Counted from the stretch's first letter, positions 9,429 to 17,586 are shown. The stretch: 64,000 nt of DNA from a virus (IMGVR_UViG_3300028920_000026:64001-128000), one strand, 5' to 3'. Numbers and translations: made by a program. The notes: generated by a model from the sequence alone, not told the origin.

Positions 9429-9710
9429 GTGCGTCAACCGGATGTCTATTGGCACCGGTTTGATATTTTGAAAGTGATAGGTATGCAATTTCAGGTTTTC
9501 AGCTTCGAAATTGAAACATTCATGACGCTTGATGCCGCAGCGCGAGCGCTGAGAAACAAGTTCGTCCCAACGCGGCTCGGCAACGTGGTGATCGACAAGG
9601 GAGAACGTCGAAACATCACAATAGAAGAACGCAATATAGTTTTCAATCGAAGCGACGAGATATCGTGTGTGCAGAACCCACCGTTCGGTGGTATATTGCC
9701 GATTAGGTGA
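9429..9710 (+). CDS. hypothetical protein
   Basis: 93-aa ORF. Competes with a minus-strand ORF. Confidence 0.3.
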   Translation: MRQPDVYWHRFDILKVIGMQFQVFSFEIETFMTLDAAARALRNKFVPTRLGNVVIDKGERRNITIEERNIVFNRSDEISCVQNPPFGGILPIR

Positions 9711-9728
9711 CGAGTGGTGTAGTATGAT

Positions 9729-9968
9729 TTGGGCATGGTGCTCAAATTTGGCGAATCTGAAGTCCCTGTTCTTGATGTTGATGCAAGGAAGTTCATCCTA
9801 CTTGGAGGCCTCATTGAGATCGACATCCTTCCGGATGACATGATCGACGGGAACACCGTAAAGGTCAACATCGTACCGCTGCCCGACGGGACACTGGTGC
9901 TTCGGGTATCTGACAGGACAATTGAGCTTGACCTGGACAAACAAAAACGACTGTTGTCAATGATTTGA
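9729..9968 (+). CDS. hypothetical protein
   Basis: 79-aa ORF ending immediately before the next gene start. Confidence 0.4.
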   Translation: MGMVLKFGESEVPVLDVDARKFILLGGLIEIDILPDDMIDGNTVKVNIVPLPDGTLVLRVSDRTIELDLDKQKRLLSMI

Positions 9969-9969
9969 G

Positions 9970-10818
9970 ATGCAGACAAAGAAGCCTGCCCCCGCGCCCA
10001 GCGACGTCTACGAAAACGTCAAATCAATCCTCGACAAGGAACCGCGGCGGCGGCCGGCGTTTCGCATATTCAAGCAGACAACTAAGGAAAGTAACGTTGT
10101 TCCAGCAAACTCAGTGAGTGACGGTATTGACCTACACAAGTGGGATGCATCATCGTTCGAAGCGGCGAGCATGTTCAATGATTGTATTTGTTCAGGTGAA
10201 CGATACTGGGGTGATGTCTATCGTAGGAACTCAATTGCGTCTAAGACAACGCGATCGTTTTCTGACAAGCGAACTTTGTCGTACGTCGCAAATGGAGTCT
10301 GGCCTCCGAGGCTTGAGGAGTGGAGGTCCGTAGAGCGTAGTTACGTTCGCGCAAAGATCATCTTTGACTGGAAGGTCAGAGCGCTCGAAGCGTACAAGCG
10401 AGCGCTCTTCGACGCTCACCTGCCGATGTCAGACTACATGGGTCTGTACGTGCTCCTCGATTCAAAGGACGACTGGATGGTGTTCGATCATATCACGATG
10501 TGTGATGACGAGTCGATGTCAGTCTCATCAGCGTCGCAGGACGACATAGACGTGACAAATCCTGTAACCCAGATTGCAACGCAGAAAGAGGCTGACGAAT
10601 ACGTTAGGCTCAAGAACTCATACAATGATGGAGCGCAGCGGGTCTCGATCCTCGCTGCAACGCTGAAGAACTGGAACTTTGAGTCGATGGCTCCAAAGAG
10701 GAATGCAGGATCGTGTTACTATGTTTACGGTGACATCATCTCAATCACGATTGAGGGAGACGGTGACCTACCGACGTTTTGGCCCTGGGGACGCATTGCG
10801 TTCGTGCAAGAAAAATAA
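9970..10818 (+). CDS. hypothetical protein
   Basis: 282-aa ORF. Confidence 0.55.
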   Translation: MQTKKPAPAPSDVYENVKSILDKEPRRRPAFRIFKQTTKESNVVPANSVSDGIDLHKWDASSFEAASMFNDCICSGERYWGDVYRRNSIASKTTRSFSDKRTLSYVANGVWPPRLEEWRSVERSYVRAKIIFDWKVRALEAYKRALFDAHLPMSDYMGLYVLLDSKDDWMVFDHITMCDDESMSVSSASQDDIDVTNPVTQIATQKEADEYVRLKNSYNDGAQRVSILAATLKNWNFESMAPKRNAGSCYYVYGDIISITIEGDGDLPTFWPWGRIAFVQEK

Positions 10819-10826
10819 GAGAGATC

Positions 10827-11120
10827 ATGAGTAAAAACAAGGATGAGTCAACACTTGAAAGGGTAGAACGCGCACGCTCAATCGGAGGGTGCCCTCCGAG
10901 CTTGGGAATTCGACCACAGCGCGATCCAAACATCGTCTTGTGGAACCTCAGACCATCGAAGCACGCAAAGGTCGCCGTCTATAGGCGAGTAACGCGTTGG
11001 GATGGCTGGGAGGACGTCATCAAGCTCTTTAGGGGTTCGCCCCTTGCGTTCAGGATCTGGCGAAAGAACCACGCAATCCCTCCTGACGCAGAGATCATCA
11101 ACGAGTCCGTTCAGCGGTGA
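10827..11120 (+). CDS. hypothetical protein
   Basis: ATG at 10827 just after the upstream stop. 97 aa. Confidence 0.45.
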   Translation: MSKNKDESTLERVERARSIGGCPPSLGIRPQRDPNIVLWNLRPSKHAKVAVYRRVTRWDGWEDVIKLFRGSPLAFRIWRKNHAIPPDAEIINESVQR

Positions 11121-11135
11121 CTGATACTTAGCTGC

Positions 11136-11591
11136 ATGGGTTCATTGAACGCAAATGACGCCGCTCGGCGTGTCTCTGCGACGTGGTACAAGGACAGGCT
11201 CTTTCTGCTGTACATCCTTGTTACCTTTGGATTTGCTACGCTTTTGTTTGTGTCTGTGTTCTTCAACATGGGAATTGTTGCTCTGTTGACGTCTTTCGTG
11301 GGGGCCGCTCACTACGTGGTGTTGGCACTTGCACGTTCGCGTAGGGTGATACAGGAACTCATCCAGGGCGAACTCGCGGTGCCTGAAGACAGTTTGCTAT
11401 CGCAATCGGGTGCAGCTCACAAACAAAAGCGCGTACTAATTTCACAGTCGAATATCCCAGTGCAGGATAAACCCGTGCCGTCTACAATGTACAGGTTCGG
11501 AGGATCTCAGTGCCCTCCTCCACCGACTCCAGAAGAGTTGGATGATAGGTGGGACACGCAGGATCGTGACTCCGGGATATTCAACATCTAG
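11136..11591 (+). CDS. membrane protein
   Basis: Two hydrophobic helices near the N-terminus (LFLLYILVTFGFATLLFVSVFF, VALLTSFVGAAHYVVLAL). Confidence 0.5.
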   Translation: MGSLNANDAARRVSATWYKDRLFLLYILVTFGFATLLFVSVFFNMGIVALLTSFVGAAHYVVLALARSRRVIQELIQGELAVPEDSLLSQSGAAHKQKRVLISQSNIPVQDKPVPSTMYRFGGSQCPPPPTPEELDDRWDTQDRDSGIFNI

Positions 11592-11873
11592 ACAGGAATT
11601 GTTCCTGTAAAAGGAAGGCAGATGCAGTTGCCTTTTATGTCGTCTGACGATGACGACAGGTTTTCGTTCGTCTGGTTCAGCAGGATCTTCATCGGATGTA
11701 CGATTATCATTGGAGTTTCGTGGCTTTTTGTTCCCGACTTCGTCAACTTTGGATTAGTCGCGTTGTCCAGCGGATCGCTCTACGAGGGTATCTCACGAGT
11801 CTGACCGCTGTTCGTCTACGCAGCAATAGCATGGGTCGCTGTTACTTGCGTCAATTACGCTCGTCGCCAACAG

Positions 11874-12368
11874 ATGAACGAATGTTACAAAGGTCCTGAA
11901 ATCGATTCGCTCATGACGCTATTCAACGGTACATTCGTTTCAGTAAGAGCAGGTGTACTCGAAGAGCTGTGCTTCAGATACTTCTTCTTCCTTGCGCTAG
12001 CACCACTGATCGTCATCTCAGACTTCATTTTGGGCGGGTTTGCGTTTGAGTGGGGGCTTTTACATATCATCCATTACTACATCTTTGCTCCCATCGCCGA
12101 CTTCATGACGTTTGGCATGCTCACGCAGCAAATCTACGGATCACACCATTGGGCACTCGGTGCAGCGCTGCTCAGCTCAAACGCGACGTTCCGTGACGGG
12201 CACAAGTACCAAGGAGTTTTGGGTTGGATCAACTCATGGTTCCTTGGGATGGTCTTCTTCTGGATAATGTTCAACTATGGCCTGTGGGCGGCGATTGTCG
12301 TACATTTTCTGTACGACATGGAGCTATTCATAATCTCGGCGTTTGCAAAGTTCGTCTCTGGAAAGTGA
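11874..12368 (+). CDS. CPBP-family intramembrane metalloprotease (CAAX/Abi-like)
   Basis: EELCFRYFFF (EExxxR motif), multiple TM helices, and HFLYDME (HxxxD/N motif) typical of CPBP/Abi proteases. Confidence 0.55.
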   Translation: MNECYKGPEIDSLMTLFNGTFVSVRAGVLEELCFRYFFFLALAPLIVISDFILGGFAFEWGLLHIIHYYIFAPIADFMTFGMLTQQIYGSHHWALGAALLSSNATFRDGHKYQGVLGWINSWFLGMVFFWIMFNYGLWAAIVVHFLYDMELFIISAFAKFVSGK

Positions 12369-12912
12369 GTGCAGCTCGAAGGTCTGAGTTTTGCACACGA
12401 AACGTTGGTTCACAATTCAAACGCCCGTTATGTTCACGATGGGATGCGTCTCTGGGCGGGTTCAAGGACGTGTGTCAAGCGGTACGATGAAAACAATCTC
12501 TGGTAGAGGGTTGTCGATGAGCTCGCCCTCAACGATCGCCTCTCACGTGTGCCGCACAGAGTGTTCTTCGGTGAGGTGTTTGGTCAGGTACGACCATGAG
12601 AGGCACCACGTTGCGAGCCTTAGGGTGTTCGATGTGTTCAATGTCGTCGAAGGTCGATACCTCGATTACGATAAGGCTCGTGAGTTCGCGGACTTTGTTG
12701 GGCTCGACTGGGTGCCTGAACTGTTTAGAAGTCGCTGGTGTATCGCTCAGGAGAGCGATCTCTTATCCTTCTGCGAAGGACGGTCGATGATTGCATCAAA
12801 TGTTCGTGAGGGCTTTATCGTTAAGCCGCTGCGCGAGAGATACGATGATGAACTCGGGCGAGTTATCCTGAAGATGCGCGGTGAGGGCTTCCTCACCCGC
12901 AAGGGTGGTTGA
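12369..12912 (+). pseudogene. Rnl2-family RNA ligase remnant split over three reading frames
   Basis: Motif III-like VFFGEVFG (frame ending at the TGA ~12597). Motif IV EGFIVKP and motif V VILKMRGEGF in the 12391 ORF frame. The N-terminal frame ends at TAG ~12504. No intact KxDG lysine motif found. Confidence 0.5.
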
Positions 12913-12983
12913 TGGTGTCGAGAACTATACCATGCTAGCGGTAGGAGCGAAGTAGCCGAGAGCAACGAAGCATAAGGGTAAAG

Positions 12984-13226
12984 ATGCATCAAGAAGATCA
13001 ACAAGGAATGCAAGCGGCACGTATGCGTCAGGCCCTCCAGATCCTAAGCGGGCCAAGAGAGTATGCAATAACGGTCATTCAGTTCAACAATTCGTCGACA
13101 GAGATTAGACTCGACGAACCGATGAAGGGACCCGACAACTCTGGCGACTGGACTGTCCTTGATTGGAAGGCTTTCGAAACCGGTGCTGTCATCATGTGGC
13201 ACCGTCCTAAGTTCAGGAAGCCCTGA
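12984..13226 (+). CDS. hypothetical protein
   Basis: 80-aa ORF followed by a strong terminator. Confidence 0.4.
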   Translation: MHQEDQQGMQAARMRQALQILSGPREYAITVIQFNNSSTEIRLDEPMKGPDNSGDWTVLDWKAFETGAVIMWHRPKFRKP

Positions 13227-13246
13227 TACATACGCGCGAGTAGGCT

Positions 13247-13279
13247 GAGAGGGCCCACCAGGGCCCTCTCATTTTTCTT
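13247..13279 (+). terminator. rho-independent terminator
   Basis: GAGAGGGCCC-ACCA-GGGCCCTCTC perfect 10-bp GC-rich stem followed by ATTTTTCTT. Confidence 0.75.
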
Positions 13280-13530
13280 GTACACGAGGCATAATGCCCT
13301 CCTAATACAGGACGAGGGAATATGTCGTATGATCTATGAGACTTTTCAAGAATCGAAATCGAATGTGTAACTGATGTTATCTACTGAACCTCAGTATAGC
13401 GCACACAGTGCAACTCTGAAAAGGGCATCAGGCACGATCCGGTCTACAAGAAGAGCACTCGTGCTCGTGAGGTCATCGACAACATGCTTGTCAGGAGACG
13501 TGAACGCTGGATCGCAGATACTTAAACGGC

Positions 13531-14112
13531 ATGAAGATCGATCTGGCAACACTCAAGAAGATCGTTCGCGAAGAGGTCAAGAAGGCTGCTGACAGCAAGT
13601 CGCCAGGCATCGACGCAAAGACGAAGGAAGTCTCCTGGGAGAATGGCAAGCGCAAGAGGACACGCAAGCGAAAGCACACAGTGCAGGAAGGCGTGCTAAA
13701 GGAGACAGCAGACATGCTGAACGAAGCACACGGTGGTAGGAACTCTCAAATGTTCGCGCTTGGTGGAGATCGTAATGCATACGGTCCTTACACCAGTGAT
13801 CCTCGTGATCCTCGGTACGTAGGAGCAACGCTGTACGACTACAAAGCAAAGGTTGTTGTGTGTGGAGATAGGTCGTTCCTCAACGTCGTCTTTGACATGG
13901 AGGAAGACGAACCACACGTTAACATTGAGGCAACCAACGCGCTCGGAGCCCTTGAGGAGGACGAAGACGCGAATACGACACCGATTGACGCCCAGGAGGT
14001 CGCTTCGTGCTTTGAGGCTGATCCTGCCGCAAAGGATAACATCAGGGTCGAGATGATGGACAAGATTCGCGTTGAAGAAGAAGCAACGGCAGAAGATCGT
14101 TGGGGTGTCTGA
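13531..14112 (+). CDS. hypothetical protein
   Basis: 193-aa ORF with Lys/Arg-rich N-terminal part and acidic C-terminus. Confidence 0.5.
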   Translation: MKIDLATLKKIVREEVKKAADSKSPGIDAKTKEVSWENGKRKRTRKRKHTVQEGVLKETADMLNEAHGGRNSQMFALGGDRNAYGPYTSDPRDPRYVGATLYDYKAKVVVCGDRSFLNVVFDMEEDEPHVNIEATNALGALEEDEDANTTPIDAQEVASCFEADPAAKDNIRVEMMDKIRVEEEATAEDRWGV

Positions 14113-14489
14113 TGTTTATCACCGTTGGACAGCTTCGTACAATCATCCGTGGGCGCCTCGAGGAGTTCGTCGCAAACAAGCGCAAGACGGGCGGTGGCGC
14201 GCGTGCGAACTGGCGCCCACAGGGCGATTGGTTCGGCATGAACATGGGAGGTGGAGGTGGTGGCTTCTACGGAGGAATGGGGTGGGGCGATGGTTACGGC
14301 GGGTGGTGGCCTGACTGGGCAGAATCGTGGGGACGAGATGCAAGCGATGATGCCGCTGAATTTGCTGACATGCCAGGATTCATGGCACCCGGTAGTCCAG
14401 ACGCTGCGGCAAACGCCTCAATGGGAGTGCACGGGTATTCGTTTGATGCGGGTATGGATGGTGGCGATGGTGGTGATGGCGGCGAATAA
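14112..14489 (+). CDS. glycine/aromatic-rich secreted or structural protein
   Basis: ATG overlapping the upstream stop (TGATG). GGGGGGFYGGMGWGDGYGGWW low-complexity Gly/Trp/Tyr segment. Confidence 0.45.
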   Translation: MFITVGQLRTIIRGRLEEFVANKRKTGGGARANWRPQGDWFGMNMGGGGGGFYGGMGWGDGYGGWWPDWAESWGRDASDDAAEFADMPGFMAPGSPDAAANASMGVHGYSFDAGMDGGDGGDGGE

Positions 14490-14528
14490 TGCCGTGTCGC
14501 TGCGATATGTGTAGCTTACAATCTTCCA

Positions 14529-14777
14529 ATGGCAAGAAAAGTTGAGGTTGAAGACAGCGAGCCAAAGGACGTCGAAGAACGCATCAAGATGTATCTGAAT
14601 GGCGTCGTTGACGCAGTGTCCCAGCGAGCTGGGCGCATCTACGAGCCGAGCCTCGAACAATATAGGTACCAGAACGACTACGATGCTGGGTACGAACGTG
14701 GCAAAGAAGTGAGGTTATCTGAGGTCGATTACGCCCGAATCGTGTGCTCGCGAGAAGAAGCTAAAAGCATCCCATAA
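14529..14777 (+). CDS. hypothetical protein
   Basis: 82-aa ORF. Last gene before the first tRNA array. Confidence 0.45.
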   Translation: MARKVEVEDSEPKDVEERIKMYLNGVVDAVSQRAGRIYEPSLEQYRYQNDYDAGYERGKEVRLSEVDYARIVCSREEAKSIP

Positions 14778-14785
14778 GAAAAACC

Positions 14786-14821
14786 TGTGTACATGGGCCC
14801 TGAAGTGTGATACTGTATACT
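14786..14821 (+). promoter_or_regulatory. conserved promoter-like element with extended -10 (TGTATACT)
   Basis: TGTGTACATGGGCCCTGAAGTGTGATACTGTATACT. A near-identical copy is at 30451-30486. Both sit just 3' of a CDS stop and about 300 nt upstream of a tRNA array. Confidence 0.45.
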
Positions 14822-15082
14822 TGTGTGGCGCTCATCTCGCTTCACTTCATTCGGAACAATGACTACCGTAACGCAAAAGAAGATCGCTTGGCGCAAAGAG
14901 CGTCAGGTCGAGATCTATGTTGCGGATAATCGCAAGCAGGAGGAAAAGGTCATCTAGATTCCGAGTTACACACAGACTTTGTCAAGGCTCGGAAGAAGAT
15001 TCCGAGCCTTGATGCGTTTTGGGTAGTTGAATGATAATGCATTCGTATTGGTTCGTTACCAAACTATCGCACCAATAAAGAA

Positions 15083-15104
15083 ATTTTTTCTTTGTTCCTT
15101 GACA
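15083..15104 (+). promoter_or_regulatory. conserved TTTGTTCCTTGACAAC motif 15 nt upstream of the first tRNA of array 1
   Basis: Same 16-mer recurs at 30750-30770, again 14-15 nt upstream of the first tRNA (tRNA-Pro) of array 2. Confidence 0.4.
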
Positions 15105-15118
15105 ACTTGTTCGTACTT

Positions 15119-15205
15119 TGGTGCAGTAGACTCGTATGGAGCGAGACCTGACTGTAAATCAGACATCATTGTGATCATCGATCGGTTCAATTCCGACCTG
15201 CACCA
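15119..15205 (+). tRNA. tRNA-Tyr (GTA), long variable arm
   Basis: Acceptor GGTGCAG/CTGCACC, anticodon loop CTGTAAA, long variable arm, T-loop GGTTCAATTCC. Confidence 0.6.
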
Positions 15206-15213
15206 CACCACAT

Positions 15214-15286
15214 TCCTCGGTAGCTCAACTGGTAGAGCGCCCGGCTGTTAACCAGGTGGTTGCAGGTTCGACTCCTGCCTGGGGAG
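15214..15286 (+). tRNA. tRNA-Asn (GTT)
   Basis: Acceptor TCCTCGG/CTGGGGA (2 GU), D-arm GCTCAACTGGTAGAGC, anticodon loop CTGTTAA, T-arm GCAGGTTCGACTCCTGC. Confidence 0.65.
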
Positions 15287-15368
15287 CTGAGAAATCACTC
15301 GTCAGTAACGTACGACGTAAAGGTCATTCTGAATGACTGAGAACGTGAAAAATGAGTGTAAATTCTCT

Positions 15369-15439
15369 TGGGGTTTAGTTTAATGGTAAAATGTCAGGCT
15401 CTGAACCTGAAGATCTGTGTTCGATTCACAGCACTCCAA
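15369..15439 (+). tRNA. tRNA-Gln (CTG)
   Basis: Anticodon stem TCAGG/CCTGA with loop CTCTGAA. T-arm CTGTGTTCGATTCACAG. One acceptor mismatch. Confidence 0.5.
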
Positions 15440-15486
15440 CAAAGCTAAAATGTCCACATTGTGATCATACGTTTACAAAACATGAC

Positions 15487-15559
15487 GGGCTAGTCGGTTA
15501 ATTGGTTAAACCACCAGACTCTTAATCTGGGACTGTGGGTTCGAGTCCCACCTGGCCTA
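15487..15559 (+). tRNA. tRNA-Lys (CTT)
   Basis: Acceptor GGGCTAG/CTGGCCT, D-stem GGTT/AACC, anticodon stem CCAGA/TCTGG loop CTCTTAA, T-arm GTGGGTTCGAGTCCCAC. Confidence 0.6.
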
Positions 15560-15638
15560 CAACGTTGAAATTTCTTTGACACTCGTGTGTAAAACTTGTA
15601 CACCAGTGGTACACTGAATGTAGGAGAAGCACAATACG

Positions 15639-15956
15639 TTGGTATCAATCACCAAACGGATTGGCATTATCGGTGAATTAGCGATTGCTCAAGATCTTGT
15701 TGTACGAGGTTTTGATGTCTTTACTTCGATAGGCGACAATTCAAAGGTAGATTTGGTTGCTTTACGTAAAACGCAAACGTTTCGCATTCAAGTAAAGACG
15801 GTCAAAAGGGTAACGAGCGTTGTTCCTGTTGTTGGATTGAAATACGTAGCAAGAAAACATGTCTTGTATAATACTGCAGATGTTGACGTAATTGCAATTT
15901 ATGTTATCGAACAACGCATTATCGCATACGTACCGATGCATGAGTTGATGACTTAG
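15639..15956 (+). CDS. YraN/UPF0102-like small PD-(D/E)xK nuclease
   Basis: IGELAIAQDLVVRGFDVF...SKVDLVAL matches the GxxxExxA...G....GE(I/V)DL(I/V)A core of YraN-family endonucleases. AT-rich island inside the tRNA array. RBS AGGAGA upstream. TTG start. Confidence 0.5.
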   Translation: MVSITKRIGIIGELAIAQDLVVRGFDVFTSIGDNSKVDLVALRKTQTFRIQVKTVKRVTSVVPVVGLKYVARKHVLYNTADVDVIAIYVIEQRIIAYVPMHELMT

Positions 15957-16045
15957 AACAAAACAGGTCAATGTCATTAAGGATAACTCAATCAAAAATT
16001 GTCAAATTAAGAGAATGAAGTATCTAAAAGATTATGTAGAATTTC

Positions 16046-16118
16046 CCCCACGTAGCGTAACGGATAGCACACCTGACTACGAATCAGGAGAGTGAAGGTT
16101 CGAATCCTTTCGTGGGGT
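16046..16118 (+). tRNA. tRNA-Arg (ACG)
   Basis: Acceptor CCCCACG/CGTGGGG, anticodon stem CCTGA/TCAGG loop CTACGAA (A34 would require deamination to I), T-arm GAAGGTTCGAATCCTTT. Confidence 0.7.
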
Positions 16119-16120
16119 CT

Positions 16121-16193
16121 GCGGAGGAGTGAAATGGTTTACACACTGGGCTCATAACCCAGGAACAGCGAGGTTCGACTCCCGTCTCCGCTA
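16121..16193 (+). tRNA. tRNA-like, anticodon CAT, defective T-stem (possible pseudo-tRNA)
   Basis: Acceptor GCGGAGG/TCTCCGC, anticodon stem CTGGG/CCCAG loop CTCATAA. The T-loop TTCGACT is present but flanking bases form only 2-3 bp. D-stem also poor. Confidence 0.35.
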
Positions 16194-16195
16194 CG

Positions 16196-16396
16196 ATGGC
16201 ATTTATAAGGAAAAAGAAGCTGCAGGATGATGAAGGCTCAAAGAGAGAGGAGGTTCCGTTCGATATCGTAGAAAAGGAGGTTACGATGTCAGATGGTTCT
16301 GTCATCAGCTTTCCGGTGAAGGTCTACAACACTCTTGATCCACACCGGAATGTGCAGGGAGCTGCACAGCCGACGAATGCGTGGACTCATGAGTAG
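16196..16396 (+). CDS. hypothetical small protein
   Basis: 66-aa ORF starting at ATG immediately after a tRNA-like gene. Could be spurious. Confidence 0.2.
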   Translation: MAFIRKKKLQDDEGSKREEVPFDIVEKEVTMSDGSVISFPVKVYNTLDPHRNVQGAAQPTNAWTHE

Positions 16397-16399
16397 TAT

Positions 16400-16473
16400 T
16401 GGCACATGGTGTAGGTGGTTTCGCACGCCTGCCTGATAAGCAGGAAGATAGGGTTCAACTCCCTGTGTGCCAA
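16400..16473 (+). tRNA. tRNA-Ile (GAT)
   Basis: Acceptor TGGCACA/TGTGCCA, anticodon stem CCTGC/GCAGG loop CTGATAA, T-arm TAGGGTTCAACTCCCTG. Confidence 0.65.
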
Positions 16474-16728
16474 CTCTGCGAAGTAACCGAGCTCTTAGCG
16501 AGCAGTAGAACTACATGGTGTAATGTTTGCATACCAGGCGGAAACCTGGCGGTGTGGGATTCGAACTCCGCTGCAAGAAGGTGAACAGGCAGACACTCTA
16601 CAACGTAGAAGTGTTTAGATAGATCGGTGCTGTGTCATCCGCGTCGAGCGGGATCCCGCAGGTGTAGCAAACCTGCTCTTTGTCGGCGTAATAGCGTGGT
16701 TCAAGTACAGGCCACGTCACGTAAAATT

Positions 16729-16803
16729 GGTCCTATCGTCTAGTCCGGTCAGGACGCCAGACTCTCACTCTGGAAACGGCGGGTTCAAATCCCCCTAGGG
16801 TCA
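16729..16803 (+). tRNA. tRNA-Glu (CTC)
   Basis: Layout parallels E. coli tRNA-Glu (GGTCCTA TC GTCT ... GGAC). Anticodon stem CCAGA/TCTGG loop CTCTCAC. T-loop TTCAAAT. Confidence 0.6.
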
Positions 16804-16963
16804 CGGGTGGTTGGCTTCGAAAAAACGACAAGAAGGACGGGTCCAGCGCGTCTAACTCTTCTAGATGCAACGGGAACGGGTTGTTTTTCGGTGGGTTCGA
16901 TTCCCACTCGCCCAGCCATTTGGCTCCGTTTAATTCCCCTCGGAACTACGACAAGTAACCGTC

Positions 16964-17036
16964 AAATCGTTTAGTGTAGTGGACGCACCGTTGGCTCATA
17001 CCCAACAAGGTCAGGTTCGATTCCTGTAACAGTAGT
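16964..17036 (+). tRNA. tRNA-like with anticodon CAT (Met/Ile2-type), imperfect acceptor
   Basis: D-arm GTGTAGTGGACGCAC, anticodon stem GTTGG/CCAAC loop CTCATAC, T-loop GGTTCGATTCC. Acceptor pairing weak. Confidence 0.4.
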
Positions 17037-17049
17037 GAAAGTCAGCTAT

Positions 17050-17122
17050 GGGTCGTTGGTGTAACGGTTTAGCATTTCGGTTTCCAAGTCCGAAGATCAA
17101 GGTTCAAATCCTTGGCGACCTG
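17050..17122 (+). tRNA. tRNA-Trp (CCA)
   Basis: Acceptor GGGTCGT/GCGACCT, anticodon loop TTCCAAG between TCGGT/TCCGA, T-arm CAAGGTTCAAATCCTTG. Confidence 0.65.
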
Positions 17123-17283
17123 CGATTATATCGACGATGTAACAAGTGTTTCTACATGGAAGTAGCTTCTGGGTGTGAAAGGAGACCAACCCTTGCGACC
17201 TTCAATCGCGGAATCTTGGTCATCAGCGTGGAGCGTTCAGATGTTGTACATTAGCGGTTGTCTCGGTCTTTTTCTCCCTGAAT

Positions 17284-17354
17284 GGGTCACTGGTGCAACG
17301 GCAGCATAGCTGGCTCTTACCCAGTCGATCTCGGTTCGAATCCGAGGTGACCCA
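17284..17354 (+). tRNA. tRNA-Lys (CTT), second copy
   Basis: Acceptor GGGTCAC/GTGACCC, anticodon stem GCTGG/CCAGT loop CTCTTAC, T-arm CTCGGTTCGAATCCGAG. Confidence 0.55.
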
Positions 17355-17355
17355 C

Positions 17356-17427
17356 TGCGCGATGGAGCAGCCCGGTATTGCCAGTCTCATAAGCTGGAGG
17401 TCGCAGGTTCGAATCCTGCTCGCGCAA
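17356..17427 (+). tRNA. tRNA-Met (CAT), fMet-like D-arm
   Basis: Acceptor TGCGCGA/TCGCGCA, GAGCAGCCCGGTA D-region like initiator tRNA, anticodon stem CCAGT/GCTGG loop CTCATAA, T-arm GCAGGTTCGAATCCTGC. Confidence 0.55.
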
Positions 17428-17431
17428 CAAT

Positions 17432-17507
17432 GCCGATGTAGTTCAGCTACGAGAGAGCGACGGGCGTCCTGGCCCGTGAGTCCCTGGTGCAACCTCAGGC
17501 CTCGGCG
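17432..17507 (+). tRNA. atypical tRNA-like gene with 8-nt anticodon loop and variant T-loop
   Basis: Acceptor GCCGATG/CCTCGGC (6/7 bp), D-arm GTTCAGCTACGAGAGAGC, anticodon stem ACGGG/CCCGT enclosing CGTCCTGG (8 nt), T-arm CCTGG-TGCAACC-TCAGG (G55 instead of T55). Confidence 0.35.
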
Positions 17508-17586
17508 CGGCGATCTAGCGAAATGACATCACACTGGTATGCATAGGACCAGGTTCCTAGTTTGAGCCTGGGGATCGCCACAATGT

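Noticed and set aside
15098-15103. TTGACA as a sigma-70 -35 box driving the first tRNA
   Set aside because: The tRNA 5' end is only 14-15 nt downstream in both copies, leaving no room for a 17-bp spacer plus -10. It is retained as a conserved motif of unknown role.
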